A stretch of 64,000 nucleotides of DNA, taken from NCBI GenBank assembly GCA_907165135.1, contig OU015567.1, positions 6,758,001 to 6,822,000 on the forward strand. The letters run 5' to 3'. This DNA comes from Oikopleura dioica (Eukaryota; Animalia; Chordata). The translations under genes were made by a program, and so were the position numbers. The notes beneath the pieces were generated by a model that saw only the letters and a program-made list of their open reading frames with translations, had not been told where the DNA came from and ran no database searches. Shown piece by piece: positions 21,001 to 36,057 of the stretch (within the stretch, counting starts at the first letter, position 1; every line of letters begins with the position of its first letter).

Positions 21001-24000
21001 GTATCGATTCTTGAGACGAGCAGCTGCTTTTTCAGCTTCTTGAGAGGGAACTCCAGAAGTTACGATGACAAGAATATCTGGAGCGTAGTAGCGATCACCT
21101 CCGTAGCCGTGCAAGAAAACGTTCGAGCCAATGAAATCGATTGCTTTCGCTGAAAAAATCAGTTGAAATCATGGAAGAAAATGCTGAGTCAATACCTGTA
21201 TTGAGTCCTGCGCCGGTTTTAGCGAGAGGATTATCCTGAATAAGTTGCTTGATGTATTTATTCGAGAGCGAATCGCGCAGGTCCCATTTTATCTGCGGCT
21301 CCGAGTGATGCTCCACTACTGCAAGTCGCGTCTCATTCAATCCTAATTAAGCAAATTTGAATAATCTCGTATCAATTAAGGGACCCCGCCGACCGAGCTC
21401 CGCGCGCGCTTCTCGCCCTTTTTCACTCTCACTCTTCAGCTGGTTTAATTTTTTCGATTATAGTTATTTTTTGCACACTAACTAAACTTTTTATGCTCTT
21501 TCAAATACATTTCTTAAAATTTTCATAGCTTATCGTTACGCTGAGTTTGGGCGAAAACATTAGCGCTCTCTTTCAAGTGTACATAAGTCCTCGAAATATT
21601 TGGATTGACACTTCGAGACTGCCCTCATTGAAAAGCCCGTGCCTTCTTGCATAAGGCTTACTTATTGAGATTTCCTGGAAGCGATTATTTATCTGATTAT
21701 CGTGGGATTAATGCGGGTTACCTGGAGCGCTCGGCGTGAAACACGGCTATTTTACACTGTTGGCGCGGGATTCCCGCTGCGCTGGTCAGAAGAACCTTTA
21801 TAAACCGCTCGATTACGAGAGTTGCATAAATTTCTATTACATCTCAATAAGTAAGCCTTATGCAAGAAGGCACGGGCTTTTCAATGAGGGCAGTCTCGAA
21901 GTGTCAATCCAAATATTTCGAGGACTTATGTACACTTGAAAGAGAGCGCTAATGTTTTCGCCCAAACTCAGCGTAACGATAAGCTATGAAAATTTTAAGA
22001 AATGTATTTGAAAGAGCATAAAAAGTTTAGTTAGTGTGCAAAAAATAACTATAATCGAAAAAATTAAACCAGCTGAAGAGTGAGAGTGAAAAAGGGCGAG
22101 AAGCGCGCGCGGAGCTCGGTCGGCGGGGTCCCTTAAAGGTCGAGTTACCTATGTTAAAATTCCGCAAAAGTGCAGTTATGAAATCAGCATAGTTCTCAAG
22201 ATGGCCGGGTGTGATGTCGTTGGAAGTGTCGAAAAGAAGCACAATGTCGGATTTCGGACAAACTGAAATATAAATTAAGCTTTCAAAAAATAAGAAAAAA
22301 TATGATGAGATGAGAATGTTTTGCGTTTTGTCAATTTAGAAAATCACCACTGTTATGTCAGTAACTGCACCAATCACCAAATGAATACCCTCAATCATTT
22401 TATTTTTTGCAACTGGTCGGTCGGGAAACAAGCCATAGTTGTTAATTATGTTTTCGAATCTTGTCCGAACATCGCCGTCAAAGAATGTGTTTGTATTTTG
22501 AAGATCAATGTCGATGTTGATTTCATTATTGTCACAAGGTGGAAGGTCGCATGACTTCTCCATGTCTAGCTTTATGAAATCAGTGCCGTTTGTGTAGCAG
22601 TGGCCAGCGTCGATATCATCTTGATCGCAGGCGTTCCAGCCAAACATGATCCCATTTCCTTTTCCACAAGTTACAGCGTTTAATTCTGGTATGCATGTTC
22701 GTAGAAACTCAGCTAGTAGTTTATCATCTTCCTTTAGCTCTTGAATTTTTGTCCATTCTACGTTGCCATTGAGTCTTCTGCTCGATCTCTCTTCACTTTC
22801 AATTTCTTCGGAGCTCTCAAAAAAGCCATCTTTTTCTTCGAATTTTTGGACTTCTTCGGCTTCTTCTTCCTCAAATTCATAAATCGGCTCTTCAACCTCC
22901 TCAAAACTAGAACCTTCGTCAAACAAGGAATTGGGAATTCTTTTTGAAGCTTCCAATCTATTTTGAGCTTCTTCATTCGCTTCGAATGTGACATCAGAGA
23001 CCAATATGCTCGGACAAGGTTTTCCAATGTTACAAAATTGTCTTTCTACGAGCTCTCCATTACAGATCGTTCCTTCTGTGCTTTCTGTAAGAGCATCGGT
23101 GCAGGATCGTTGCCGAAGCTTTCTAGGCTTGGTCGACATTGTAAATCCATCGAAGCAAGTATGCGTGCATGTTGTCCATTCAGACCATTCGGAGAGAATA
23201 TCACAGGGCTCGTTTTCAAAGCATTCCCGCTCTTCAACTGCTTTTTCTTCTGGGTCTTTTTCGAGGCATTCATCTTCACCGCCGTTTTTGCAATCTCGGA
23301 CTCTCTTTTGAATTCCATCGCCACAAGGAGTCGAGCAATCCGACCACTGCGTCCAGAGCGCCCACTCGATACATGGAGGCAAGTCACAAGATTTTTGCTT
23401 GAAGCTTTTATCATCGCAGCCTTCATCGCCAACTCGTCCGTTGATACATCGTCTCGCAGAAGTGGTCATTTGGTTTCCGCAAATTTCATTGCACTCTGTC
23501 CACTCAGACCATTCTTCCCAGTATGGGCATTCTTGCTCGTTGCAGGGATCATTTTGCGAAGGTTCTTCTGTGCATCCCGCTACTCCGAATTCGCCATTCA
23601 AACATTCCCGAACACGAGATTTTGCACCAGTACCACAAGATTTAGTACAAGCGCTCCAGTCTTCCCATTGCGCCCATTTTGGACAGAGTCCGCGGAAACA
23701 GTCTTGGAATTCGATTCCTTCGCCTGGGCATTCTCCGATTTCTCCAACACACTCTCTCGTTCTTGATCTTTTTCCATTCCCACAGGTGACTCCACATTCG
23801 CTGAAATCAGACCACTGGCTCCACTCTTTACAAGCTTCAGTGTTGCATTTTTCGTTGTCGACAACTTCTCCATTGCAGCCGTTGTCGCCCGGTTTACCAA
23901 AGAGGCACTGTCGATCACGAATGCGTACGCCACCGTTGCATGTTTGAGAACATTCCTTCCACTCGCTCCATTCATCAAAACGCGGGCATTCCCTAGAATT

Positions 24001-27000
24001 GCACTCGTCAACTTTTTCACTAGCTCCGGGGCAGAGTGCGTCAACACCGGCAATGCCATTCATACATTCGCGCTTCATTTTACTCTGTCCACTACCGCAT
24101 GAGGCAGAGCACGGGCCGTCACGTGACCATTCAGTCCAGCCGGCGCATGCTTTCACCATGCATTCCTCAAACATAGTAGCGTTTCCTTGACATTCAGGGG
24201 AAACACTTGGGATACCATTGACGCAATCGCGAAATTGAAAAGTCACGCCCTTGCCGCAAGTCGAAGTGCAAGCTGTTTTCTCTGACCACTCTGTCCAATA
24301 CGGGCAAATATTTTTCTCGCACTCTTGTGTTTCACTATCTGGACCAAGGCAGCCAGGATCGCCTTGATTTCCAAAGATACAGTTTCTACTTCGAGTTTGA
24401 ATCTGTGGATCCTCTCCTGTCGGGGTACAGGTCAGAGAACAAGGACTCCATTCTGTCCAAATATTCCAAAACGGACAGCTTTGCTGATTGCAGCTTTGGC
24501 TTTCACTTGCATCGTCGTCACAGCCCGCTTCGCCAAGAACACCGTTGATGCAGTCGCGAGTTCTTGTCTCACTTCCGCCTCCGCATGTTTTTGAACACGG
24601 TCCGTAATCGCTCCATTCTGTAAATTCCGGACACGGTTGACTGTTACAGGGAACAGTCTTGACCGTTTCCCCTTCGCATTCATGCTCGCCAGGGATGTAA
24701 TGCACGCAAGTACGAGACCAGGCTGATCTCCCATCGGGCCCGCAAGATGCAGTGCACTCTGATTTAATCCAATCGGTAAGATACGGGCACGGATGAGTGT
24801 TGCAAGACTCAGTTTGCGATTTCTCATCCTCGGAGTTGCAGCCCAGCTGACCCCAACTACCATTTAGGCAAGTTCGCTCGCGAGATCTTTCTCCTCCAGA
24901 ACATGTCGCAGAACACTCGGTCCACTCTCCCCAAGTTTGCCAAGTCGGACAAAGGCCTTCGTCGCAAACGCCTCGTTGTTCACTTCTTTCGGGGCCGCAA
25001 TCGCCTGGGCGCCCATGCATGCATCTTCTTGTTCGAATCTTTTCTCCGACAAGACACGATTGAGAGCATTGAGACCACTCGCTCCAGTTGCTCCAAGTTG
25101 GGCATTGCTGCATGTTGCAGAATTTCATCTGCTGCGGCGAGCCTGGACAATCTTCGGTTTCGCCGTGGAGACATTCACGTGATCTCATATGCGCGCCTCC
25201 TCCACATTCAACACTGCAGTCTGACCACTTTCCATACTCAGACCAAATCGGGCACGGAACTCGATTGCATTCTCGCATTTTAGTTTCTTGGCTCATATCG
25301 TCACATTTTGACAAGTCGGTCGTTTTACACCGTCGTGACACAATCGTGATTCCAGTATCTCCACATGTAGCAGTGCACTCTCTAATTTCAATCCAGTCTG
25401 ACCAAGATGATGTTTGAATCGCGCCCCAATCATCAAAAGTTGAGATCAAATTTCTTTGCCCTCTTTTACCACTGCTTGAATTCTGATTAACAATTGTCTC
25501 GGAAGGTTCTGGTGGTTCTTCAGTCGTTCTTATACTCGCCGATTCAGCTGTTTCTGGTGATATAAAAGTAGATTCAGTGGTGACGGAAGAAGTTGGTGAG
25601 GTCATTGATGATGCTGAGGTAAAAATCGAGCTCGAAAATGTTGGCGAAATTGTTGTCGATGTAGTTGTTTCTTCTGATGTTTCAGGCTGCGTCTTTGCTG
25701 ATACTCGATATTCTGAAACGTTGCCAGAACAACACTGTCTTGTTCTCCTTTCAGTATCGTAAGATATCCCCATCCACTGGCTCCATTCTGACTGAGGAGG
25801 ACAGTCTTCATCGAACTGAAAAAGCGCGTAAATCTACAACCATCTTTCTGCTCATCTCTACCTTACACGCGTACGACTCAAAGTTTACACAATCACTCTG
25901 ATCGCACGATTTAGAGCGCTGTAATCTGCTCGTGGCCGCGAGGCTCCACTTTGTCCATTCTTGCCAGCTGCCGGAACAAGTGCACTGCGCCTCCTTAAAA
26001 AAGTACATTTAGAAAGGCGTTCTAGCATTTTTTCGTATACTGACAGTCTGTTTGATGAGCTCAAGTTGATTTTCCGCGGATATTGCTAATTTTTCATCGT
26101 ATCCATCAATTGACAGTTCTCGGACTCGATTTTGTGTGCATTTTTCTTCATCGCAAGTTCCAAACCATTCTGTCCAGCTGGTCCAAGATGGGCATGTTTC
26201 AGGAGAACAGTCTCTTTCTTCAGTTAAATCCCCTTCGCAGTCAATTTTCTCATTATTTTCGCATGTTCTTGTTCTTCTTATGACTCTTTCATCCATATCA
26301 ACAATCCAGTCGCTCCACTCAGTGAGTTTCGGACAGTATTGAAGCTCACATATGAATATATCATCCCTCGGCCCAATGCACGATGGGAAGCCTGGCGCTC
26401 CATTGATGCAGTTGCGGTTCCGTTTGAAAGTTTTAACGGGCCGCGCGTCGCCAGCCGGATTATTCCCTTCGAGCCCGGAGCTCTCTGATGCACCTGAATC
26501 GCGTCCTTCTTTCATTTCTTCCGGCTCAGGATCTTCGAGAAGGCTCCATTTAGACCAGTCTGACCAGACTCCGCAATGGTTGATTTCACAGTCAATTAAT
26601 TCTTCAGCGGCACCGACGCATTTTGCATCTGTATCGCCGAGAATACAGCTTCGACTTCTCCTAAAATTTCCAGGACCAAGGTAAGCTTCCCAATCGGAAA
26701 AATCAGTCCACTTCGGACAGTTGACATCTTCACAGCTTTCCAGCTCGACTTCTGGATCATCACAGTCATCAGAATTGTAGCAAGCGACGCGCTCTCGATA
26801 AATTCTCGCTTCCGCTTCTTGATGCTGCCATTTCGACCAACTGGTCAATTTTCTTTGCTTTGTCGACTCTCCCTTGCATAGCAAAGGCTCTTCTCCAAAA
26901 CAGTTTCTCACTGCAGACTGCGTGTATTCATCCACAGCATTCCAACTAGACCAACTCGTCCAGGATCCACAAACGCCGAGCTTTGAACAATCTTTGCGCT

Positions 27001-29570
27001 CGACTTTGTTCAAGTAATTTCCGCAAAGAGCTCGTATTCTCACAGATAATTGATCCTGACATAAAGACACTCGTTTATAGACGGTTCCGGTGTCTTCATC
27101 TTGGATTTTAAAAGCTCCTGTGTGTGTGAGGCTAGAATTATTATCTCCTCGGAGGAGGTATAAAAAATCTTGCTCTAAAAACCCTTTCCTGAAAGAGCCT
27201 CGTCAACTTTCCAACTTGACCAGCCAGAAAGATAAGGGCACTCTTCAGGGCAAGGTACAGTCTCATGAGCTTCTCCATTACAGTCAAATTCGGATAAACA
27301 GTCTCTCTGTCTTTGAATGTTATTTTCGTCCTTGTGAAATTCCCATGAACCCCATTCAGACCAAAGTATGAGCGGTGAATCCACTAATGATAGTAATGAT
27401 GATATGATGTAGTTACAAAAATGACGATAATTTTTAACAAAATGAAATGATTGTTATGAAATGTTTGGAAAGAAAAACTTACTGCAAGGTTGATTTTGAC
27501 ATTCCTCTGTCTCTTCGGATAAGCCATCGCAACCTGCAAATTAGATTTCAGCCGATGCAGGTGATATTGTATATAAATACCTTGCGAAAAATTATAAGAC
27601 GGGTAATTACCGGATTTAGAGCAGTTGCGCGATCGTGAACGTGTTCCTGGACCGCAATCTTCAGAGCACTCTGACCAGCTTCCCCAATTTGACCATTCTG
27701 GAGCGCAAAAGCCGCTTATTTCTTGTTTTGAATTTGTAGCTTGGAAAATAAAAACAGTACTTTTTCATCAAATCAAACAAGTTCCTAAGACAAATCTTCT
27801 GCTGAACCGAGTCTCCTTCGCACGTAGCTTCGCCAGATCCGCCACAACTTCGCGTTCTCTTCGTTGTGCCGGGACCGCAAGAGACCGAGCATGGCTCCCA
27901 AGACGCCCAATCCGTCCATACTGCGCAGATAATCCCGGAATCGCATGGGATTACTTCTTCAGCCTCTCCATCGCAGTTTCCGTTTGAACAGGTTCTTCTC
28001 CTTGACTTGTGACCAACAGAACAAGTAGCAGTGCAAGGACCGAACTCGGACCAGGAAGACCAAGTTGGACAGCTAGCTGAGTAGCAATTAGATGTTTCTT
28101 TAGCTGAGCCTTGGCATTCTTGCCCTTCTGGACACGATCTGTAGCGGGATTTTTGCCCAACGCCGCATGAAGTTGAACAAGCTCCCCATTCTTCCCAGTC
28201 AGCCCATTTTGAAGGACTGCAAGCTCGTTGAAGATCGCCATCTTCGCATGGCTTGAACATGTAGTTCTTTCCTATGCAATTGCCTTGACCAGGCATTCCA
28301 CCGTTGCAGCCTCGAAATCGCTCTTGCTTCCGGACTTCGCAGTTACAGTCGTGCCAGCCAGACCAAAGATACCATTCTGCTTGCACCTGCGGAGCAGTGA
28401 TTCGACGTGGAGTTGTATAATTGACCGGACGTCTTGTAGTGCTCCTAAGTGTAGGAGCTGGAGCGTAGGAAATAGTAGAGCACTTGTAGTCCCTCCGAAA
28501 GCATTCATTCCTGCTCTGGTCCCAGCAACAGCCGACTAGTTCACAGCCAGAAGGCGATGTTTCCGGACATTTGCTTCGATAGCCTGGGCGGGCGGTACAG
28601 CACTTTTCTATCGTTGGAAGCTTCTTGCTGTTGCTGTTGTTAAATATGCTTGTTGATGATGATGATGATGTTGATGGTGGTAATTTGGCCACCGGTTGGA
28701 AGACTTGAGGGCGGGAAATATAAGTTTTTGGACTTTTTTGAATTAAAAAATTGTTCAAAAAATGATAATGAAAGCTAATGTTATCGACTTGGTGTTTGAC
28801 AAATTCTTTTGGTTGATTTTTGAATTCGTTTCTTGAAGGAGAAAATGAAGTAAGTTGAGGTTTTTCGCTGATAAATTCCAAACAGAGGGGAGGAGAAGGG
28901 TTTGCGCATCCTTTGCGCTCTGTACATTGAAGAATATTTGCTGAAAAAAGATGGTAGGAGGGAATGATGAAATTATGCAAAACGAACCTTGGAGGATACA
29001 TGTGCTGCAGCCGACAGCTCTGACTTTACAATTTGTCGGGAATGAAGAAGAGCAACAGAGCTTGTCTTTGTTGCTCAATGAGGTCATGGTGTTTTTATCT
29101 GCTCTCCGGAGCTTGTGTTCACACACCAGCAGTATTTACCGCTGCACTGTTTTGGCAGGAAATAGCCGTACTCGTCGCAGTCAGGGGTGTGCTCGTTGCT
29201 TTGTCTTGAATGGGATGAAATTCTGACAAATTTTTTTGTGCCGAAATCGCCATGAAAATTGCCGTAGATTTATTTCTCGTGGCTATATAATTCACTACGT
29301 TAAAACCTACTTTAGCGCTCTAATTTAAGACCCCCCTCCCTTATGACTTGAATTGTTACGTAACAATTAAGGTGAACTTCTGGAATGTTGCAATTTGTTG
29401 CAAGTCAAAATAGTACCAGCACGGCACTAAAGATAAGGCGCTCCGAAATCAATCACGTCTAGTTCCTGTTTTCATCCCTTTGCCTGATCATCCACCAATT
29501 CCAGGGGACTTTTTGGAGCCTCTGGCGCTTCGCTGTGCACGGTGGAGTCGATGGGTTGACTCCATTTTCT
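18043..29570 (-). CDS. Giant extracellular protein (~3,000 aa): thyroglobulin-1, trefoil-like, dozens of TSP1 repeats, VWA, Thr-rich mucin stalk, sushi/CCP, further VWA domains; 5' end not located
   Basis: Repeated WSxWSxCSxTCGxG..R.R.C motifs in ORFs 27661-29001, 26009-27070, 22336-25773 and 18832-21114; PDCDEYGYFLPKQCSGKYCWCVN (TY); DIVLLFDTS and DLAFIIDSSSSIG (VWA); poly-Thr at ~19380-19865; CPVD...C..SHYLIGRSEALC...W..PPPQC (CCP). Confidence 0.85.
21380..22132. mobile_element. Complete 753-bp MITE family A copy in an intron of the TSP1/VWA gene
   Basis: TTAA(21376-79)-GGGACCCCGCCGACCGAGCTCC...GGAGCTCGGTCGGCGGGGTCCC-TTAA(22133-36); ~290-bp inverted arms; splits a VWA domain between exons ...NFNIG| and |LNETRLAVV. 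Confidence 0.92.
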
Positions 29571-31929
29571 AGGAAAGGTTAATTTGTGTCGCCAATCCGG
29601 CTTAGCGTCGCCATTTACTCTCAGAACTTCGCGATTCATTCATTCGCCATTTCATCAAAATTTGCTTGACAGATTAGAGCAAATTATATAAAAAAAAGTG
29701 TCAGAAAAGCAGTATTTTTTTTCTAAAATCTGCTGCTCAAGTTCAAGTCGTAGCACATTTTTGAGGTTCATAACGAGCATGTACGCGGCATTTCTGCTGA
29801 TTCCAACAAAATTATACGAATTTCGCTTTTGCCAAAAATAAACGTTATGAAAGTTCTAGCGCCGATTTGATTACAGTTATCTCATCTCAGGGAGGAGCTT
29901 CTTGTTAACAACGTCAATCAAATTCCACGTAAACTTACGAGATGATGAGGATGATGTCCAGAAGGCGCTAACTTCATTCTGTAGCGCTAGAATTAGAAGA
30001 CTTCTTTTATACATTCACTATTTTTTTCTTCGTTTCTTCTTTTCTTCGTTTTCTTATCTCTTATTTCTTTCTATTTTTCCCTCTGTTTTTGATCAAGAAA
30101 AAGTACGATGCAACGAGAAAAAGGTTCAAAAAAGGTCTCTTGACTCGGTATTAGGACGTAATAAGTTGTTGCGTGAAACGACCACTCGACGGGAAAACTG
30201 GGGGGTTGTCTCGGGCGCCATCACTCTAGCGCGGCGCAAATTCTACCGCGTGTTCTTCCCGTAACACATCTGTTCCACAACAAAGATCAGTGCCGCCGTC
30301 AATTGAACATGTTATGGCATTCAATAAAGCGATATTTTTTGATGAAATGGAAACGCGGAAGTGACACTTAGTATAACGACTTTCTCGAGGGTGTAAATGA
30401 TACTGTATTTATTGGATTTTACAGTATCAGAAAATAAATATTTGTAGTATGAGCTTTCGTTTACAGTTAGGGTTAGGGTTTGAACACCATTTTATCACAT
30501 AAATGGAGTAGAATTAGAATAAGAGATAGTGAACTTTTTCCACTTCAGAATGATCAAGTGTTTGACACTTCTCAAATTCTTGTCAAGCTCCTTATGCTCA
30601 GTTTACTAAGTTCGTAACAAGCGCATCTAATATCATTAAATGATCCTCTTTTTCATATTTCTCAGCCTCGTAACTATAGAAAATCGAAGACTGTCAAAAT
30701 CTCAAAAGAATTTTTGATGATCAAATAGATCGAAAATAGTCCGAGAAATTCCAAAGTAGATATTTTGCGCTTGTTTATTTTGAAGACAAAAAATAACTGG
30801 ATTTTTCTCGTATCCCTTCGCATTTCCTGCGTGATCGACTATTTACTGTAAACTTCATTCATTTTGGAATCTGATACAATCAACTACCAGCTGGTGAAAA
30901 GAGAAAAATCGCGGTCATTTTCCGATAAGTTCTTTTAGCCAGCTCTTGAAGCGTAAATGCCCGCAACTTCCGCCTTATTCCCTTTGATAAGCTGAAGGCC
31001 CAACCACTACTTTAATAGATAGTCCTTATATTTCGTCAGCAAAGAGAGACAGTGTTTCAGTAATTCTAGCGCGTCGCACATCCGTTTTTTCTTTATCGCG
31101 ACGCAATCTGCTGATTTATTTGACCAAAGCGATTCCAATAAAATTAATTCGACTCCGGTTTTTTGAAGATTTCGGGAAATCACACGCTATAAAATCATAA
31201 TAACTGGCACTTTGGTTGATTTTATGTGATTTGGGAGATCAAAACTTTGATTTCTGCATCTGTTCGAACAATTCGAATCCTTCTTTTTTAGTCGTTACTT
31301 TTTTATGCGTGGGAAAATCTCATTTCTAAAGCAAAATTCTGTGCACTTTTTTTTTTGATGAATTATTCTGAATAATGATGCTTCATTGACTTGCTCGGTA
31401 TTTTCAGCGGTATCAAACAGTCATTTGAAGATTTCTTTTGATTCTTTGAGGCTCAATTTTGACCGCAATTGACCATGAATTTGCATAACACGGTTTTCTG
31501 GACCTCTCGCCGTTAAGATTTTAATTACGTCCCCTGAAGTAGCCGCTCAACCCTGCTTGTTCACGTCTGAATCCCAAATGACGAAATAAATACAGTAATT
31601 GATCCTCGTTTTGGAATCCTTTTCGACCGCCCTTGAATCCCAAAATCTACGGTATCCGGTCATAAAGCCACAATGTTTTATTGAAAGATTTTTTCGTAAT
31701 TTAAAATAAAAGGTCGTCGATAGCATGGTAACCAGTAGAACAAGTGCTGCAAGAGCAACGAAAGCAGAGTAGGAAGCAAATTGCGATGGACCGGAAATGA
31801 AACTTCGATGCTAAAAGATTCGATAAAATTTTGAGGCCAATCTCTTTGTAGAAAAGCAGTCTTCCTTGATTTCAAAATCACAATTTATCTGATAGAGGAT
31901 ATACATGCAATTGTATTTAGTAGTCCACA

Positions 31930-32100
31930 ATGATAGTTACCTGACAGAAACTCCCAGTAAACTCATCAAGGCATCTGCAAATCTGCACTCCATCAACTAT
32001 CTCCGAAAATCCTCCATTTAGGCAGTGAAGTTGTCTAGGCATGGTTATTCTCAATTTAGCCTCGTTGTCTTTTGGATGTTTCGTAGAACTGATGAAGAAC
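31930..32100 (-). other. Isolated EGF-like exon; parent gene unresolved
   Basis: HCLNGG...ICRCLDEFTGSFCQ followed by a GTAAC donor. Confidence 0.5.
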
Positions 32101-32416
32101 ACAACGCATCCAGTGCTTTTTATAGAGGCGCGAGTATACGCCAGGCGTGCGACGTAATCTACTACGTAAACGTAGCGTTAGAATAATTCATTATACGGAG
32201 AATTCTTCGAGAGGAAAAGTTGATGACCCCATTGTCGGAATAATTTCAAGTATTAGCAACAAAAGAGTCCATACTTTCGATTCCTAGTCATGAACTATAT
32301 CATTTTGAAGTGCATATAAATAGCTATTGCTTTTATCTTTTAAGCCAACTATTATTTTATTTCAACTTTAGTAGTAACATCGATGGACAGGCATTGATTT
32401 ATCATTTTTTCACTGT

Positions 32417-33349
<933 letters not shown>

Positions 33350-33621
33350 CGTGCTTCTTGGCCGTATTCTCAGTAAGTATTTACTCTGAAATAAAAATAT
33401 TGAATTTATGCCGCGATGAATAACCACTCCGCGAAAAAATTGCGATTTTTGTCGCGCAGAAATCAAAAATCAGAAAAACGCTGATTCGCAATAATGATTG
33501 TTTGGCTCTCTCTTTTTCTTTTGCTGTTTTTATAATTTTTTAGTCTCTTGGGGGTGTTACATAATTGATAGTTTCGTTCTCGTCATTATTATTTTTCTCA
33601 TTTCAAAGTATCGATCGAATA

Positions 33622-34585
33622 TCAGGGATTTCCTAAAAGGAAAAAGACAAGGAAGTAATTTTGGCCGCACGTAGCCCCCCGGGGCGCATCGAATCTGGCT
33701 CGAGGCGAGTGTGACTTGTCTCTCGTGAATTTCTCCTCGTGAACGATTTGAAAGCCAAAAGCGTCGCTGACAAAAACAGCGGAGGATACGTGAGCTCCTG
33801 TGGCGAAGAATAATCTCTCTTTAGATACAGTCGCGTGCTGAAAATGAGTCTTATTCAAAATCAATTCAGAAGAAAGAAATTCGTACGAAGCTGTTAGAAA
33901 ACACGCTCGATGGGTGTTGCATAACTGTGTATTACATAAGAACTGTATGATTTATGAGCCCTGTCGTCTACTTTATAAAATCCTTATTTTCAGATAAAAT
34001 ACGGAAAGTCAAAAAGAAAGAAGATTTTCATTGTATAAGTTTCTCTAACTCTTCTGATTTTATGGCGCAAAATAAAGGCCAGAAGAAATGCTAAAAAACA
34101 TCGTAAATATATTTTTGACGCCGGTGGTAATTAGTAAATTTTGATTTCTGGCGAGTAGACTTACCCTACTTTTACTTTTTCCCTTATTTCAATTCTCGAA
34201 AGTAGCGCTCTGTATTCACCTTTGCGAGGATGAAAGTGAAAAGGCCCCGAAATGACCATACTCGAGTTGAAGTCGTCTTGCGATCGCTGTCGGTCCCATG
34301 GGACTCTTCTTGTTGTGCCTCCTCCCTGAATGAAATGAGAGCTGTATCGTCACGTGACACGAACCTGTCGGAAAGATCACTGTCCGACGCGTCTGATAGA
34401 ATCGTACAAGAAAGATCTGACCCAGACGCATCCGAAAATGCCGAGCAATTACTGTAACTAATCCCTGCGTTTTCAAACTCAAACTGTCATTAATATACTG
34501 TAGCTCCAATTCTTTGAACTCGCAGTCCCTTCGATCTCGATCCCTTCTTCTTAAAAAGTCTCTCTACCTTCCTTTCCTTTCTCGC
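33622..34585 (-). CDS. Possible three-exon gene of unknown function
   Basis: ATG exon at ~34585, Ser/Asp-rich exon ~34220-34460 ending at AAG|GTGA, exon ~33690-33835; splice phases not fully reconciled. Confidence 0.25.
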
Positions 34586-35009
34586 TTTCAATCATTTTAC
34601 AAGAAGATCCGGCGCATTTTATAATATCAAGCCGACAAATTGTGGGAGCCGCTCGGGGGTAAGTGGCCTAGCTAGTATCATCAACTGCTCCATTCATCCG
34701 AATGAATAACAACGTTTTCAACAGCCCCGTTCAAGGGCAGAATTTCCCACTCTCTCTCTTTCTCCACTTTATCTTTATCTTCCCACCTGACAAAGAAAAC
34801 AATAATTCTTTTTCATAAACTGAAGTTCAATGAAAAAATAGTCATCTAAAAAAGCTGCGAGAGAGTTAAATTTCTTATTGAACTCTTCAATTATTACTTC
34901 AATTTAGATAACAGTGTGGCAAAACATATTGTAAAAAATCCACTTCGAATATTCATTTAGAATTTTTTATATATTTTCTCTCAATCAATGACTGGTGCAA
35001 ACAGATTAT

Positions 35010-35200
35010 TTCTTTTTATTCTGGAATGAGCTGAATCGTGTAAGCAGTAGGAAAGAGGTACCACTTGTTCTCCTCCATGTTTCCGAACTCTTCGTTCACC
35101 AATTTGCATTTTATTCCATCTTCTTCCAAAACGGTGCTTGAGGTCGTGTTGTTTATGTAACAGATGTGTTCGTGGTTGGTGTAGTAGGTAGGTAAAATTC
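35010..35200 (-). pseudogene. 3' terminal fragment of a kinase-papain paralogue
   Basis: ...CKLVNEEFGNMEENKWYLFPTAYTIQLIPE* aligns with LVNENLAEMKTNEWYLIPQAYSITL of the 15325-17835 gene. Confidence 0.65.
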
Positions 35201-35658
35201 AAAATCAAAATCATTGAATGAGTGTGCGCTTCGCGCTTGAATTGAAGGAAACTACTTCTTGGTATACTTTATTGCATATTCTGTCCAAAATAATAAGAGT
35301 TACGAAATTTAAAATAATTTTTATAGTAAAAAAAATCTGAATTTTTGTAACTGCGTTACAAAATTGTAACGGCGTTACAAAATTTTGCATTTCATGCACC
35401 CTACAATACACTCAAAAGGGTCGAGAGGCCGGGTTTTTTTAAACGATTTCATTCTCATATTTTTAGTCAATTTACAATTGGCAAATCGGAAGTATTGAGT
35501 AATGGAAGATATATTCTTAGCAACCTTGAAGTTCATGAGGTACTGAGGAACAAACAGGGTCGTTTCATTCTTAAATCCATTATAATGGGTCGTTGGGGGG
35601 AGGAGGGTTTAGTTATCAAAAAGGTTAGAAGAGAGCAGAGGAACAAAAAAGGTTCGAC

Positions 35659-35855
35659 CCCCACGAGCAGACAGAAACCGAAGTCATCTTTGCACGCCGT
35701 GAGCAAGCCTTTCCTTTTCTGAAAAAGGGGTTTTAAGAAAGAGGGGGTGAAGGGAAGAGAAAGAGGGGGCGTAAAGAAGAGAGGTTGAAAAAGGTCGGGC
35801 CCCCACGAGCAGACAGAAATCGAAGTCTTCTTTGCACGCCGTGAGCAAGCCTTTC
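35659..35855. repeat. Two 55-bp direct repeats spaced 142 bp
   Basis: CCCCACGAGCAGACAGAAA(C/T)CGAAGTC(A/T)TCTTTGCACGCCGTGAGCAAGCCTTTC at 35659-35713 and 35801-35855. Confidence 0.85.
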
Positions 35856-36057
35856 ATTTTTCGAGATATAAAGGGTTTTAAAGGGGGTCTGATCATCAAA
35901 CTTTTATGAAGAAGTTGGTCCTAAATTAAAGGTTGATCCTGATATTATTTCAGTGATTTATTTTCTTGATTATCCCCTGAGAGAATTTGATTCTTCATTT
36001 AAAAATAGACCAAACTCGGTCTCCAATCAGAATACGAGAAAAGGGGCGCTAAAGACA

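Noticed and set aside
29902-30264. 120-aa ORF on +
   Set aside because: Includes a low-complexity T-rich stretch, no ATG start, no motif; may lie in an intron of the opposite-strand gene.
30468-30481. TTAGGG telomeric repeats
   Set aside because: Only two units; expected by chance.
35672-35692. C(UUCG)G tetraloop hairpin on the minus strand of the 55-bp repeat
   Set aside because: The closing pair is not conserved in the second copy.
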